Positions 19,325 through 28,171 are shown, numbered from the stretch's first letter. The stretch is 45,233 nt of DNA from an uncultured Mycobacteriaceae bacterium (GCA_964451655.1 CAYVJJ010000001.1:1-45233); one strand, 5' to 3'. The notes: generated from the letters alone by a model not told the origin. Numbers and translations: made by a program.

Positions 19325-21096
19325 CAGCGCTGATCAGCTCCCTGCGTGACTCCCGTGCCCGCGGGCGGTGCGGGCGGACGTGAACGAGGGGGAATCCTAC
19401 CCGAGGACGTCTTCGCGCCGGGGAATCGCCGAGCCGTCGCGGCCGGTTGCACCGTCGGTGCTGATCGCCGGCCCCGGAGTGTCCCTGCGATGCGCTCCGC
19501 CGCCAGCCGGCCGGAGATGAGCGTCGGCGGCACCCCCACGCCCGGTGTCGTGCCGCACCCGGCGAGCACGGTGTTCTCCAGGCCGCGGACCAGGTTGGGG
19601 CGTCGGAACGGTCCGGTCTGCGGGAACGTGTGCGCCGCGGAGAACGGACTGCCCGCCCCCATTCCCAGCGCCGACCAGGTTGCGGGCGTGACCACGTGGT
19701 CGACCCGCATTCCGTGCTGCGGATCCGCGATGCCGGCGTATCCGCGGCGCTCGAGCACGGTCAGCAGGTCGGCCGCATACGCGGGCCCCAGCTCCGCCCA
19801 GGGGAGCGGTGCGCTGTGCAGGTTGGGGCACGGGGCGAGGATCGAGAGGAGTTCACGGGCGCCGTCCCCGCCGGCGCCCACCGAAGCCGGCGCAGGATCC
19901 AGAGTCGGGTCCGTCAGGCCGGGGCGGGTCAGCAGCACGGACGGGTCCGTCATCAGCGTGCCGCGGCCGGGGCGCGCGCAGATCTGCGCGAACGTGGCCT
20001 CCCAGGCGTCGCCGAAGTCGATCGTGTGATGGTGCGGCCGTTCCCAGCGGGATCCGGGGGGAGCGGCGCCGTGCCGTGGTCGGGAGGTCGGCACCGGGAT
20101 CGTGCCGTGCAGCACGACGGCGGACGGCGACCAGCGGGTGCGCCGGAACCGGCCGCCCGCCAGCGGGTGGTGCCGCGGGGCGCCGGCCGCCGACAGGAGG
20201 GCGTCGACCACCGGCAGGTCGGGGGTCAGCACCAGCGCGTCGCACGTGTGGACCCTGCCGTCCGAGGTGATGACGGCCTGCGCGCGCCCGTCGGCGATGT
20301 CGACGGAACGGACCTGGGCGCCGTACTCGATGACGCCGCCGGAGCGGACGACTGCGTCGGCGAGCGCGCGTGACACGGCGTGCATGCCTCCCTGCGGGAA
20401 GTACACCCCCAGGGAGGTGTCCATGTGCGGGATCGCGCCGTACACCGCGAGCGCATCGGACGGGGCCAGGCCGGCGTACAGGGACTGGAAGGTGAAAACG
20501 CGGCGCAGGCGCGGGTCCCGGATCCGGCGGGCCACCTGCGTTCCGAGCCTCCCGAATCCGCCGAGAGCCGTCACCCTCGCCAGATCCGCGACCGCCGCAG
20601 GCGATCCCACGAGGTCGAGGGGGGAGTCGAAGCCGGAGTCGAGGAAGCGGTCGAATTCCGCGGTGAACATGCGCGCCAGCCAGTCGCGCAGCCGCAGATA
20701 GCCGTCGGCCTCCGCCTCACCGAAGACGCGCGCGATCTCGGCGGTCATCGCCGCCGGGTCCGAGTGGACGTCCAGCACGGTCCCGTCCGCGAACCGGGCG
20801 CGGTACGCCGGATCCAGCCGGGACAGCCGCACGGCGGGCTCGGTGTCCTCGCGGGTCAGGCCCACGGCGGCCAGTGCTTCGTCGATGAGTTCGGGCATGG
20901 TGAGCACCGTCGCGCCGGAGTCGATCCGGTAGCCGGGCCCGTCCAGGATCCCCATCCGGCCACCGGGTTCGGCGTCACGCTCGAGCACCGTCACCCGGCG
21001 CCCGGCGCCGAGCAGATGCAGCGCGGCGGACAGGCCCGACAGCCCGGCACCGACGACGAGGACCCGCTCCGACGGGCCGGTGACGGTGCGCATCAC
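19324..21096 (-). CDS. crtI: Phytoene desaturase
   Basis: RTVTGPSERVLVVGAGLSGL (FAD-binding), FTFQSLYAG, AHTFPQTGPFRRPN and PGVGVP motifs. Confidence 0.92.
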   Translation of the reverse strand: MMRTVTGPSERVLVVGAGLSGLSAALHLLGAGRRVTVLERDAEPGGRMGILDGPGYRIDSGATVLTMPELIDEALAAVGLTREDTEPAVRLSRLDPAYRARFADGTVLDVHSDPAAMTAEIARVFGEAEADGYLRLRDWLARMFTAEFDRFLDSGFDSPLDLVGSPAAVADLARVTALGGFGRLGTQVARRIRDPRLRRVFTFQSLYAGLAPSDALAVYGAIPHMDTSLGVYFPQGGMHAVSRALADAVVRSGGVIEYGAQVRSVDIADGRAQAVITSDGRVHTCDALVLTPDLPVVDALLSAAGAPRHHPLAGGRFRRTRWSPSAVVLHGTIPVPTSRPRHGAAPPGSRWERPHHHTIDFGDAWEATFAQICARPGRGTLMTDPSVLLTRPGLTDPTLDPAPASVGAGGDGARELLSILAPCPNLHSAPLPWAELGPAYAADLLTVLERRGYAGIADPQHGMRVDHVVTPATWSALGMGAGSPFSAAHTFPQTGPFRRPNLVRGLENTVLAGCGTTPGVGVPPTLISGRLAAERIAGTLRGRRSAPTVQPAATARRFPGAKTSSGRIPPRSRPPAPPAGTGVTQGADQR

Positions 21097-22226
21097 AACC
21101 GCCGGTGCGCGGCCGCCGTGATCATCGACGCGAGCAGCTCCGCCCCGTCCCCGCCGGCGCCGCTGCGCTGAAGCGCCGCCTGCGCACTGCCGGTGAGGTC
21201 GGCGATCATGCTCTCCACCTTGTCCACCGCGCCCAGCCCGGAGATCACTTCGCGCAGCCCTGCGACTTGGGCGTTGGTGAGGTCGGTGCCGATGCTGTTG
21301 CGCAGTAGGGCGGCCGAGTCCGGGTCGGCGGCGTCGGCCTCGGTCAGCGCCAGCGCCAGCAGGACCGTGCGCTTGCCCTCGCGCAGATCGTCGCCGGACG
21401 GTTTGCCGGTCACGGCCGGGTCGCCGAACACGCCGAGCAGGTCGTCGCGCAGCTGGAAGGCGATCCCCAGGTCCGTGCCGAGTTCGCGGAACGCGTCGAG
21501 CATCGTCGCGTCGGCGTCACCCGCGCACGCCCCCAGCTGCAGCGGCCTCTCCACCGTGTAGGCGGCGGTTTTGAACCGGTTCACGCGCATTGCGGCGGCG
21601 AACGATTCGTCGCCGCGCGACTCGGTGAACACGTCCAGCAACTGCCCGCCGAGGACCTCCGTGCGCATCGCCGACCAGACGGGCGCGATGCGGGCCTGCG
21701 CCGGCGCGGGCAGGCCGCACTCGCGCAGCATGTCGTCCGCCCAGGCGAGGGCGAGGTCGCCCAGCAGTACGGCGACGCCGGCGCCGAAGTGCGCGGCATC
21801 GCCCGCCCAGCCTTCCGACCTGTGGCGCTGTGCGACCTCCACATGCACGGTGGGATGTCCGCGCCGGGTGGCGGACGAGTCGATGAAGTCGTCGTGTATC
21901 AGCGCGCATGCCTGCACCAGTTCGAGTGCGGAACCCGCCCGCATCATCGCGTCCGCAGCGTCCCCGTCCGGCGGCCGACCGGCGCTGAGCCAGCCCGCCC
22001 ACGCGAAAAGCGGACGCATGCGCTTGCCGCCGCGCAGCACGAATTCCTCGAGCTGCGCGGCCGCCGCGGTGAACTCGGTGCCGACACCCTCGACCAGGGG
22101 ACGCCGCGACGCGAAAAACCCCTCGAGGGCAGCGTCGACCGCCTCGCGTACCGCGGCACGGGCGTCCCCGCGTGCGGGGAGGTCCAGATCCGCTGGCTGC
22201 GGGAGCGGGTCTTCTCCGGTGGTCAG
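21093..22226 (-). CDS. idsA2: Geranylgeranyl diphosphate synthase (IdsA2/CrtE); probable CTG start
   Basis: GGKRMRP, LIHDDFID...RRG, KTAAYT and FQLRDDLLG motifs. Start placed at CTG 22226, 5 nt after GAGGAGG; alternative GTG 22337. Confidence 0.9.
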   Translation of the reverse strand: MTTGEDPLPQPADLDLPARGDARAAVREAVDAALEGFFASRRPLVEGVGTEFTAAAAQLEEFVLRGGKRMRPLFAWAGWLSAGRPPDGDAADAMMRAGSALELVQACALIHDDFIDSSATRRGHPTVHVEVAQRHRSEGWAGDAAHFGAGVAVLLGDLALAWADDMLRECGLPAPAQARIAPVWSAMRTEVLGGQLLDVFTESRGDESFAAAMRVNRFKTAAYTVERPLQLGACAGDADATMLDAFRELGTDLGIAFQLRDDLLGVFGDPAVTGKPSGDDLREGKRTVLLALALTEADAADPDSAALLRNSIGTDLTNAQVAGLREVISGLGAVDKVESMIADLTGSAQAALQRSGAGGDGAELLASMITAAAHRRL

Positions 22227-22485
22227 GGCCGCCTCCTCGGTATGCAGCGCCCGGGGATCGCGCTGGGATGACCGAGCGCGCGCAGATCGGCCGGGACGAC
22301 CGCCCGGGCACGTCGGCCAGGCCGGCCGCGCATGCACGCGCTACGGGGGAGACTCTACGACGGGCGGCGATGTGAGGGGCAGCACGGTGGTGTGGTAGCG
22401 GTCACGCGTGCGACCGGTCGTAGTACGGCAGCCCCGGGGGACCTTATGATCGGGCAATGGACAACGGTGCGAAGGGGGAATCCGG

Positions 22486-23457
22486 ATGGCTCCGCGGGTG
22501 AACGGTGCGCAGCAGACGACGGGCACCCCGTCGGTCGTCGACAGCATCGCCGCGCATGATTCCGGCCGGATCCCGTTCTCGGTGGAGTTCTTCCCGCCTC
22601 GGGACGAGGCGGCGGAGGCGCGACTGTGGCGCACAGTACGGGACTTCGAGCAGTTGCGCCCCGCCTTCGCGTCGATCACTTACGGCGCGGGCGGCAGCAC
22701 CCGTGACCGGACCGTGCGGATCACAGGACAGATCGCTGAGCACACCACGCTCACCCCGGTGGCGCACCTGACTGCAGTGGACCACAGCGTCGACGAACTG
22801 CGGGCGATGATGGGCGCCTACGCGGACAAGGGCATCCGCAACATCCTCGCGTTGCGCGGCGACCCGCCCGGCGATCCGCTCGGCGAGTGGCGGGCGCACC
22901 CGGAGGGCGTCCACTACGCCGAGGAGCTGGTGCACCTGGTCCGCGAGCTGGGGGAATTCCACGTAGGCGTCGCCTCGTTCCCGGAAGGGCACCACCGCTC
23001 GCCGGATCTGGACCACGACACCCGCTACCTGGTGCGGAAGCTGCGCGCGGGAGCGGAGTACTCGATCACGCAGGTGTTCTTCGACATCGACGACTACCTG
23101 CGACTCCGTGACCGGGTGGCGGCCTGCGACCCGGAACAGGCGGCGAAGCCGATCATTCCGGAACTCCTGCCGATCACCTCGCTCCGTTCGGTGCGGCGCA
23201 TGGTGGAGCTGTCCGGTTCCTCGCTGCCCACGGCGCTGGAAGACAGCCTGGCGACGGCGGCGGGCACGGGCGATCAGGAGAACCGTGCGGCGGTGCGGGA
23301 GGTCGGCATCGATTTCGCGACGGGCCTGGCCGAACGCCTCATCGCGGAGGGTGCACCGGCGCTGCACTTCATCACGCTGAACTTCTCCCGCGCCACGCGG
23401 GAGGTGCTGCAGAACCTGGGTATGGTCCCGGCGCCGACGGCGGGGCTGGCGGGCTGA
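22486..23457 (+). CDS. metF: 5,10-methylenetetrahydrofolate reductase
   Basis: FSVEFFPPR, SITYGAGGSTR, AHLT, LALRGDPP, ITQVFF and LHFITLN motifs; TATGAT -10-like hexamer at 22445-22450. Confidence 0.93.
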   Translation: MAPRVNGAQQTTGTPSVVDSIAAHDSGRIPFSVEFFPPRDEAAEARLWRTVRDFEQLRPAFASITYGAGGSTRDRTVRITGQIAEHTTLTPVAHLTAVDHSVDELRAMMGAYADKGIRNILALRGDPPGDPLGEWRAHPEGVHYAEELVHLVRELGEFHVGVASFPEGHHRSPDLDHDTRYLVRKLRAGAEYSITQVFFDIDDYLRLRDRVAACDPEQAAKPIIPELLPITSLRSVRRMVELSGSSLPTALEDSLATAAGTGDQENRAAVREVGIDFATGLAERLIAEGAPALHFITLNFSRATREVLQNLGMVPAPTAGLAG

Positions 23458-23497
23458 GGAACACAGGACGCTCCGGGGGCGGACGGTCCCGGCGACG

Positions 23498-24271
23498 TCA
23501 GCGCCCGGCCGGCTCCTGCCCCGGCTTCGGAGAGGTGTCCCGGAACCGCCACGCGAGGTAGCCGGCCGCTCCGGCGGCACCCACGGCGATCAGCGTGACG
23601 ATCGTGACCCAGAACGCCAGCCCCTTCGACGAGGGGTCTTCGTAGTTGACCACCGCGTGCATCGTGGTCTCCTCACCGGTGGGGAGCTTCCATGTCACTC
23701 CGGTGTCCGAATCCCGGGTCCCGTCGGTGACCGCCGGGCGCGTGGGGAAGTTGATGCTGATTTCCACATCCGCACCTTCGGGCACCGACGACAGGTCGGC
23801 TCTCCCGTCGAACGACACCGTGTCGCCGTTGCGGGAGAACGTCAGGCCGAAGTCCCGGTCGTGGTCCGGCATCATCTTCCCGAGGTCGCGCGCCTCGCTG
23901 AAGGTGAGGTCGCGGAAGTAGGCCTCGGTGCCCACGTAGCCGTCCTGGCGGTAGTCCTGCACCCGGATCTTGTCCTTGAGCCCGTCCGGCACCGCGAGCT
24001 GCGGGCCGCGGTCGTCGCCGTTCTTCGGGATCGTGGCCGCCACGATGTGCCCGGTGACCCGGTCGTTCTTCGACACGCCCATCGTCACCTGCACGCGCAG
24101 ACAGCCGCTGAGCAGCGGCAGCAGCACGGCCAACAGCAGCACTCCGGCGAAGGCGCGGCGCCGGTTGCGGAACGCTGCGGCCCCGCGCCGTGAAGGGTTT
24201 CCGGAGACCGAGGCGCGGGCACGCGCAGCCGGGGCGGGACGGTGCGGAAAGGGTCGGTTCGTGGTGGGCAC
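23498..24271 (-). CDS. lppM: LppM-family (DUF3153) lipoprotein (Rv2171-like)
   Basis: Lipobox LLSG-C, LRVQVTMGVSKNDRVTG, C-terminal TM helix. Start GTG 24271 or ATG 24280; the 765-aa ORF extension overlaps crtO and is spurious. Confidence 0.85.
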   Translation of the reverse strand: MPTTNRPFPHRPAPAARARASVSGNPSRRGAAAFRNRRRAFAGVLLLAVLLPLLSGCLRVQVTMGVSKNDRVTGHIVAATIPKNGDDRGPQLAVPDGLKDKIRVQDYRQDGYVGTEAYFRDLTFSEARDLGKMMPDHDRDFGLTFSRNGDTVSFDGRADLSSVPEGADVEISINFPTRPAVTDGTRDSDTGVTWKLPTGEETTMHAVVNYEDPSSKGLAFWVTIVTLIAVGAAGAAGYLAWRFRDTSPKPGQEPAGR

Positions 24272-24363
24272 GGCAGTCATCGTGCCAGGTCCGGTCCCGC
24301 GATCGTGGGAGTGGCACGCCTGCCCGTGCGGATCCGGCGGTGCGGCGGCGAGCTCGTGGGCGT

Positions 24364-26046
24364 TCACCGGAAGCGCCCGCGCCGGCGGATCCGGCTTGGT
24401 ACCGGCAGGAACCGGCGCAGCGCCCCGCCGTGGGCGTCGCCCAGCGCCAGTCGCGCCGCAGACCTGCCGCTGTACCCGCTGACGCCGCCGCCCGGATGGG
24501 TGGATGCGCCGGTCAGGTAGAGACCGCCCAGCGCGGAACCGCGGCCCGGCCGCCGCGTCGCGGCCGCCCCCGACATCCTCTGCCCGGCGAGCGCAGGAAC
24601 GGGACGGAAAGCCAGCATCTGGTCCAGCGACATCTCCACGTGCATGATGTTCCCGCCGCGCAGGCCCAGTTCGCGCTCGAGCTCCACTGGGGACTGGATG
24701 TGGCGGGCTGTCACGGACTCGCGGGTGCCGGGGGCGAACCGTTCGATCTCGTCGACCACCCGGTCCGCCTCGCGTGCGGCGACGCCGGCCCACGAGCTGC
24801 CGTCGGCGATCCGGTAAGGATGCCATTGCGACCACAGTGTCATCTGGTGTTCGCCCGGCGGGGACAGTGTCGGGTCGAGGGCGCTGAAGGTCATGGCGAG
24901 GGCGGAGGGGCGCGGCGGAAGCAGGCCGGCCAGTGCGGCGGCGTGGCCGGTCCGCAGCTGCGCCCGTTCGGTGACCAGCAGCTGCAGGCCCGCGTGCACG
25001 CCGGGTCCGGAGTCCGCCTGGGGTGCGCTGGGGTACGCGGGGAGGGCGTCGAGCGCCAGGCGCACCGCCATCCCTATGCCCGGCCCCACTCGTATGCCGC
25101 GCCGCAGGTCCTGTGCGGTGGACTCCGGGAGGGCGCCTCCGGCGACGAGCAGGTCGACGGTGGTGAGGACGTGGCAGCCGGCCACCGCGACGCGTCCGCG
25201 CACGGTCCTGCCGTCCGCGGTGCGGGCCTCCCAGCCGCCGTCGATGCGGCGCAGGGCGGTGACGGCGTCGCCGGTGGACAGGGCACCGCCGTCGGCGCGC
25301 AGGCGGGAGACGAGCGCCGAGGCCAGAGCGCCGCTGCCGCCGGCGGCCCGCCCCGGGGGCGACTCGTGCATCAGCGCGGCGAACCCGACCATCGGTGCGG
25401 TCCCGGGCTCCGACATGGGCGGTCCGGACTGGGCGCCGAACCATGCGAGCGCGGCCTTGAGCGGCTCGTCGTCGAAGTAGGTGTCCAGCAGGGCGTCGCC
25501 CGTGGTCAGAAAATTGCGGGCGAGGTCGGCCGGGGCGGCGCCGCTGCCGCCGAGCCTGGCGGGCATGCCGAGCGGACCGAAAGCCCGGGACAGCCCGGCC
25601 GCGCTCGGGGGCCGCGAGAATGCACGCATCACGCTGCGCGCTCGCGGGGCCCACTCGGCGACGAAGCGCCGGTAGGCGTCGGCGTCGCGCGGGCCGCACG
25701 CGGCCTCGATGGACTCGCATGTGGCCGCGAGATCGGTGCGGAAGACGATTCCGGGGCGTCCGGGCTGCTCCGGAGGGGCGGGCGCGAACGCCCACGGATC
25801 GCAGTCGATATAGGCCAGGCCGTGATCAGCCAGCGCCAGCTCCTCGATGATGCCGCTCTGGCGGATCATCAGATGCGCGGAGGATCCGCGGTCCACCCGG
25901 TGGCCGGGGAACCGTTCGACCGTCGACACCGCCCCGCCGGGGACGGTGTCCCGCTCGAGCACCTCGACCGACCATCCCTCCCGCGCGAGGTAGCACGCGG
26001 CGACGAGGGAATTGTGGCCGCTGCCCACGACGATCGCATCCAGCAT
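24364..26046 (-). CDS. crtO: CrtO-type carotenoid ketolase (phytoene desaturase-family FAD oxidoreductase)
   Basis: DAIVVGSGHN, VDRGSSAHLMIR, AWFGAQSGPP, HVEMSLDQM and GASTHPGGGVSG motifs; from memory it closely resembles Rhodococcus CrtO; close to crtE/I/B. Confidence 0.8.
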   Translation of the reverse strand: MLDAIVVGSGHNSLVAACYLAREGWSVEVLERDTVPGGAVSTVERFPGHRVDRGSSAHLMIRQSGIIEELALADHGLAYIDCDPWAFAPAPPEQPGRPGIVFRTDLAATCESIEAACGPRDADAYRRFVAEWAPRARSVMRAFSRPPSAAGLSRAFGPLGMPARLGGSGAAPADLARNFLTTGDALLDTYFDDEPLKAALAWFGAQSGPPMSEPGTAPMVGFAALMHESPPGRAAGGSGALASALVSRLRADGGALSTGDAVTALRRIDGGWEARTADGRTVRGRVAVAGCHVLTTVDLLVAGGALPESTAQDLRRGIRVGPGIGMAVRLALDALPAYPSAPQADSGPGVHAGLQLLVTERAQLRTGHAAALAGLLPPRPSALAMTFSALDPTLSPPGEHQMTLWSQWHPYRIADGSSWAGVAAREADRVVDEIERFAPGTRESVTARHIQSPVELERELGLRGGNIMHVEMSLDQMLAFRPVPALAGQRMSGAAATRRPGRGSALGGLYLTGASTHPGGGVSGYSGRSAARLALGDAHGGALRRFLPVPSRIRRRGRFR

Positions 26047-26126
26047 TACGCCAGGCTAGCGGTGCCGGCCCGGGCGGAGGCGTCCAGCCGGGGCGGAGCC
26101 GTCCAGGCCGGGGCGGAGGAGGCCGT

Positions 26127-26768
26127 TCAGCGGTGCGGCGCCTGTCGTGGACGGTCGGGAAGCGGCAGGGCGCGCGCCAGGACCGCGAAGTCCCGGCGGT
26201 CGCCCAGGAAGCGGAATCGCCGCAGCAGATCCTCGAACCCCGTCCTGCGGTACAGGCGCCATGCTCGGTTGTCCTCGTCCGACACCTCCGGGGTGGAGAG
26301 CAGGACGTGCGATTGCGGCAGGTCCGACAGCAATCGGTACAGCAGAGTTGCGCCGATCCCGCCGCCTTGGGCGGACGGGTCCACGTGGATCTCGGTGAGT
26401 TCGAAGTAATCGGACATCAGCGCCGTGCCCCGTCTGCCTGCGGAGTCGCGGACGGCGGAACGCACCTGACGGTCCCACCAGTAGGCGGGTGAGCCGCGGT
26501 AGCCGTAGGCGATGCCGACGAGCCGGGCGGAATCGGGTATGCGGTCGGAGGGGGCGGCGGGGGCAGTGCTCGACGAGCGGTCGGGTGACGGGACGTCGAA
26601 TGCCGCGACGGCGCGCCACCCCTCCCGCAGGATGTGCTCGGCCCACATCGGGGCGCGGGTGTGTTCGATACCCCGCGGGTAGTCCATCGCCCGGACATAG
26701 ACCCCCAGCGCCTCGTACAGCCGCGTGCGCATGACCGATGCCGTTAATTCGGTGACGATCACGCTCAT
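26127..26768 (-). CDS. GNAT N-acetyltransferase (Rv2170-like)
   Basis: VGIAYGY...YWWDRQV, YFELTEIHVDPSAQGGGIG (acetyl-CoA motif) and AWRLYRRTGF; AGAAAG before ATG 26768. Confidence 0.9.
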   Translation of the reverse strand: MSVIVTELTASVMRTRLYEALGVYVRAMDYPRGIEHTRAPMWAEHILREGWRAVAAFDVPSPDRSSSTAPAAPSDRIPDSARLVGIAYGYRGSPAYWWDRQVRSAVRDSAGRRGTALMSDYFELTEIHVDPSAQGGGIGATLLYRLLSDLPQSHVLLSTPEVSDEDNRAWRLYRRTGFEDLLRRFRFLGDRRDFAVLARALPLPDRPRQAPHR

Positions 26769-26799
26769 GAGCTGCGTACTTTCTGTGCGAGGGTGAAGT

Positions 26800-26821
26800 T
26801 GTCGGAGGGGGTGCCTATTAT
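26800..26821 (+). promoter_or_regulatory. PafBC-dependent (RecA-NDp-type) promoter
   Basis: TGTCGG (26800-26805), N10, TATTAT (26816-26821): exact fit to the TGTCGG-N10-TANNNT consensus. Confidence 0.75.
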
Positions 26822-26829
26822 GGTTTTCA

Positions 26830-26845
26830 TCGAACCATTGTTCGA
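26830..26845. promoter_or_regulatory. LexA operator (SOS box)
   Basis: TCGAAC-CATT-GTTCGA, a perfect match to the actinobacterial TCGAAC-N4-GTTCGA consensus. Confidence 0.88.
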
Positions 26846-26992
26846 TCACTGGTTGTCCGGTGCGGCCCGAGGGAAGCGGGTCGCACCGGGCGCCGTGTCA
26901 CCCCGGGGTCCGCCCGACGGGGGCACGGTACCGCAGGCGCAGCCGCACCGCGGAGGCGCGCATACGCGGTCGGCACGACGAGGGGAGTGGAC

Positions 26993-27535
26993 ATGAGGAC
27001 GATGATCACCACGGCATCGGGTGCCGCCGTCCGGAATGCCGGCGCCGGGATGTGCTCCGCGGCGCCCGCGCGCGCCGGCCGGGCGGCGCCTCGGCACCTG
27101 CGGTCGCCCCGGGCGGTGGAGCTGCTCGGCAGGGCGGATTCGCTGCTGTCGGAGTCGCTGTGCGTGCAGGATTCGTGCCCCGGTGAACGTTTCCGCCTCG
27201 CTTACATTGCGGCGGCGCGGGGTGCGGCGGCGGTGCTGGCGGTGTCCGCTCCTGCGCGGCCGCGGCGCGGGGCGTCGCGCAGCGTGTGGGCCCAGTTGGC
27301 CGCGGTGGACGACGGCTGGAGGGCCTGGGCCGGGCATTTCGAGCAGTTCTCGGCCACACGGCAGGCCGTCGAGGCAGGGATCACCGGCCGTGTCGACGGC
27401 CCGCTCGCACAGGACGCGGTGAGGGCGGTGCGTGAGTTCCTCGATGCGGTGGACACGCACGTGAACGGGGGCGACGCGAGGGGGCTCGCCGGTGGTGGCG
27501 GCCTCGCCGCTCACCCCCGATCGAGGGCGAGTTGA
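26993..27535 (+). CDS. SAV_6107-family HEPN domain protein
   Basis: ERFRLAYIAAARGAAAVL...SVWAQL...WAGHF...TRQAVEAG helical pattern typical of this family; GAGGGGAG RBS before ATG 26993. Confidence 0.78.
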   Translation: MRTMITTASGAAVRNAGAGMCSAAPARAGRAAPRHLRSPRAVELLGRADSLLSESLCVQDSCPGERFRLAYIAAARGAAAVLAVSAPARPRRGASRSVWAQLAAVDDGWRAWAGHFEQFSATRQAVEAGITGRVDGPLAQDAVRAVREFLDAVDTHVNGGDARGLAGGGGLAAHPRSRAS

Positions 27536-27721
27536 CCCGGCGCTCCGGAGCGGAGGTCCAGGTGCTCAGCGCGGGAGGTATTTTCGCTCCGAGTAGTGGG
27601 GTAATCGGTGGTACCGTCCGGAGCCGACCAGTATTATCAGTGTTAGGCGCCCGTGATGGACGGGTGCTGGCCCGTCCGGTTCGGCAGCTGGACGCCATCA
27701 CGAGAAGCCGGGGGAGGTGCC

Positions 27722-28171
27722 GTGCCACTCTCCGAGCACGAGCAGCGGATGCTCGATGAGATCGAGAATGCCTTGTATGAGGAGGACCCCAAGTTCGCCT
27801 CACAGGTGCGTGGGCGCCGCTTCGGCACCCCCAATGCCAAGCGACGTGTCCAGGCGCTGTTCATCGCGCTGGTCGGTCTCGCGCTGCTGATAGTCGGGCT
27901 CGCCACGAGTGCTCTGCACGTCGGGCAGGTCCCTGTGCTCAGCATCATCGGCTTCATCGTGATGTTCCTCGGCGCGGTGATGCTCATGCTCGGTACGCCG
28001 TGGGGCCGCCACAACGTCCCGGAGTCGCCCTCCGCGCCAGGGCACGGTAGTGGCGGCGGCGCGGGCAAGTCTGCAGGGTCCCGCGGAATGAAAGGCCGTT
28101 TCAGCAAGCCGAAGGCCGCGGGCAGCTTCACTGAGCGCATGGAAGAGCGATTCCGCCGGCGCTTCGAATAG
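27722..28171 (+). CDS. DUF3040 membrane protein (Rv2169c-like)
   Basis: PLSEHEQRMLDEIENALYEEDPKF, two TM helices, RMEERFRRRF; GGGAGG RBS. Confidence 0.92.
   Translation: MPLSEHEQRMLDEIENALYEEDPKFASQVRGRRFGTPNAKRRVQALFIALVGLALLIVGLATSALHVGQVPVLSIIGFIVMFLGAVMLMLGTPWGRHNVPESPSAPGHGSGGGAGKSAGSRGMKGRFSKPKAAGSFTERMEERFRRRFE

Noticed and set aside
22340-22485. SAM/SAH riboswitch upstream of metF
   Set aside because: TATGAT at 22445 implies a leader of only about 30 nt, and I could not recognise an aptamer consensus; an Rfam scan would be definitive.
24281-25795. 765-aa ORF suggesting a long N-terminal fusion to LppM
   Set aside because: The extension overlaps crtO in another frame and is low-complexity; the lipobox places the real start near 24271-24280.
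26127-27535. Classical type II toxin-antitoxin pair (HEPN-MNT or GNAT-RHH)
   Set aside because: The genes are divergent, there is no MNT or RHH partner, and I see no canonical R-X4-6-H motif at the expected HEPN position; kept only as a co-regulation hypothesis.
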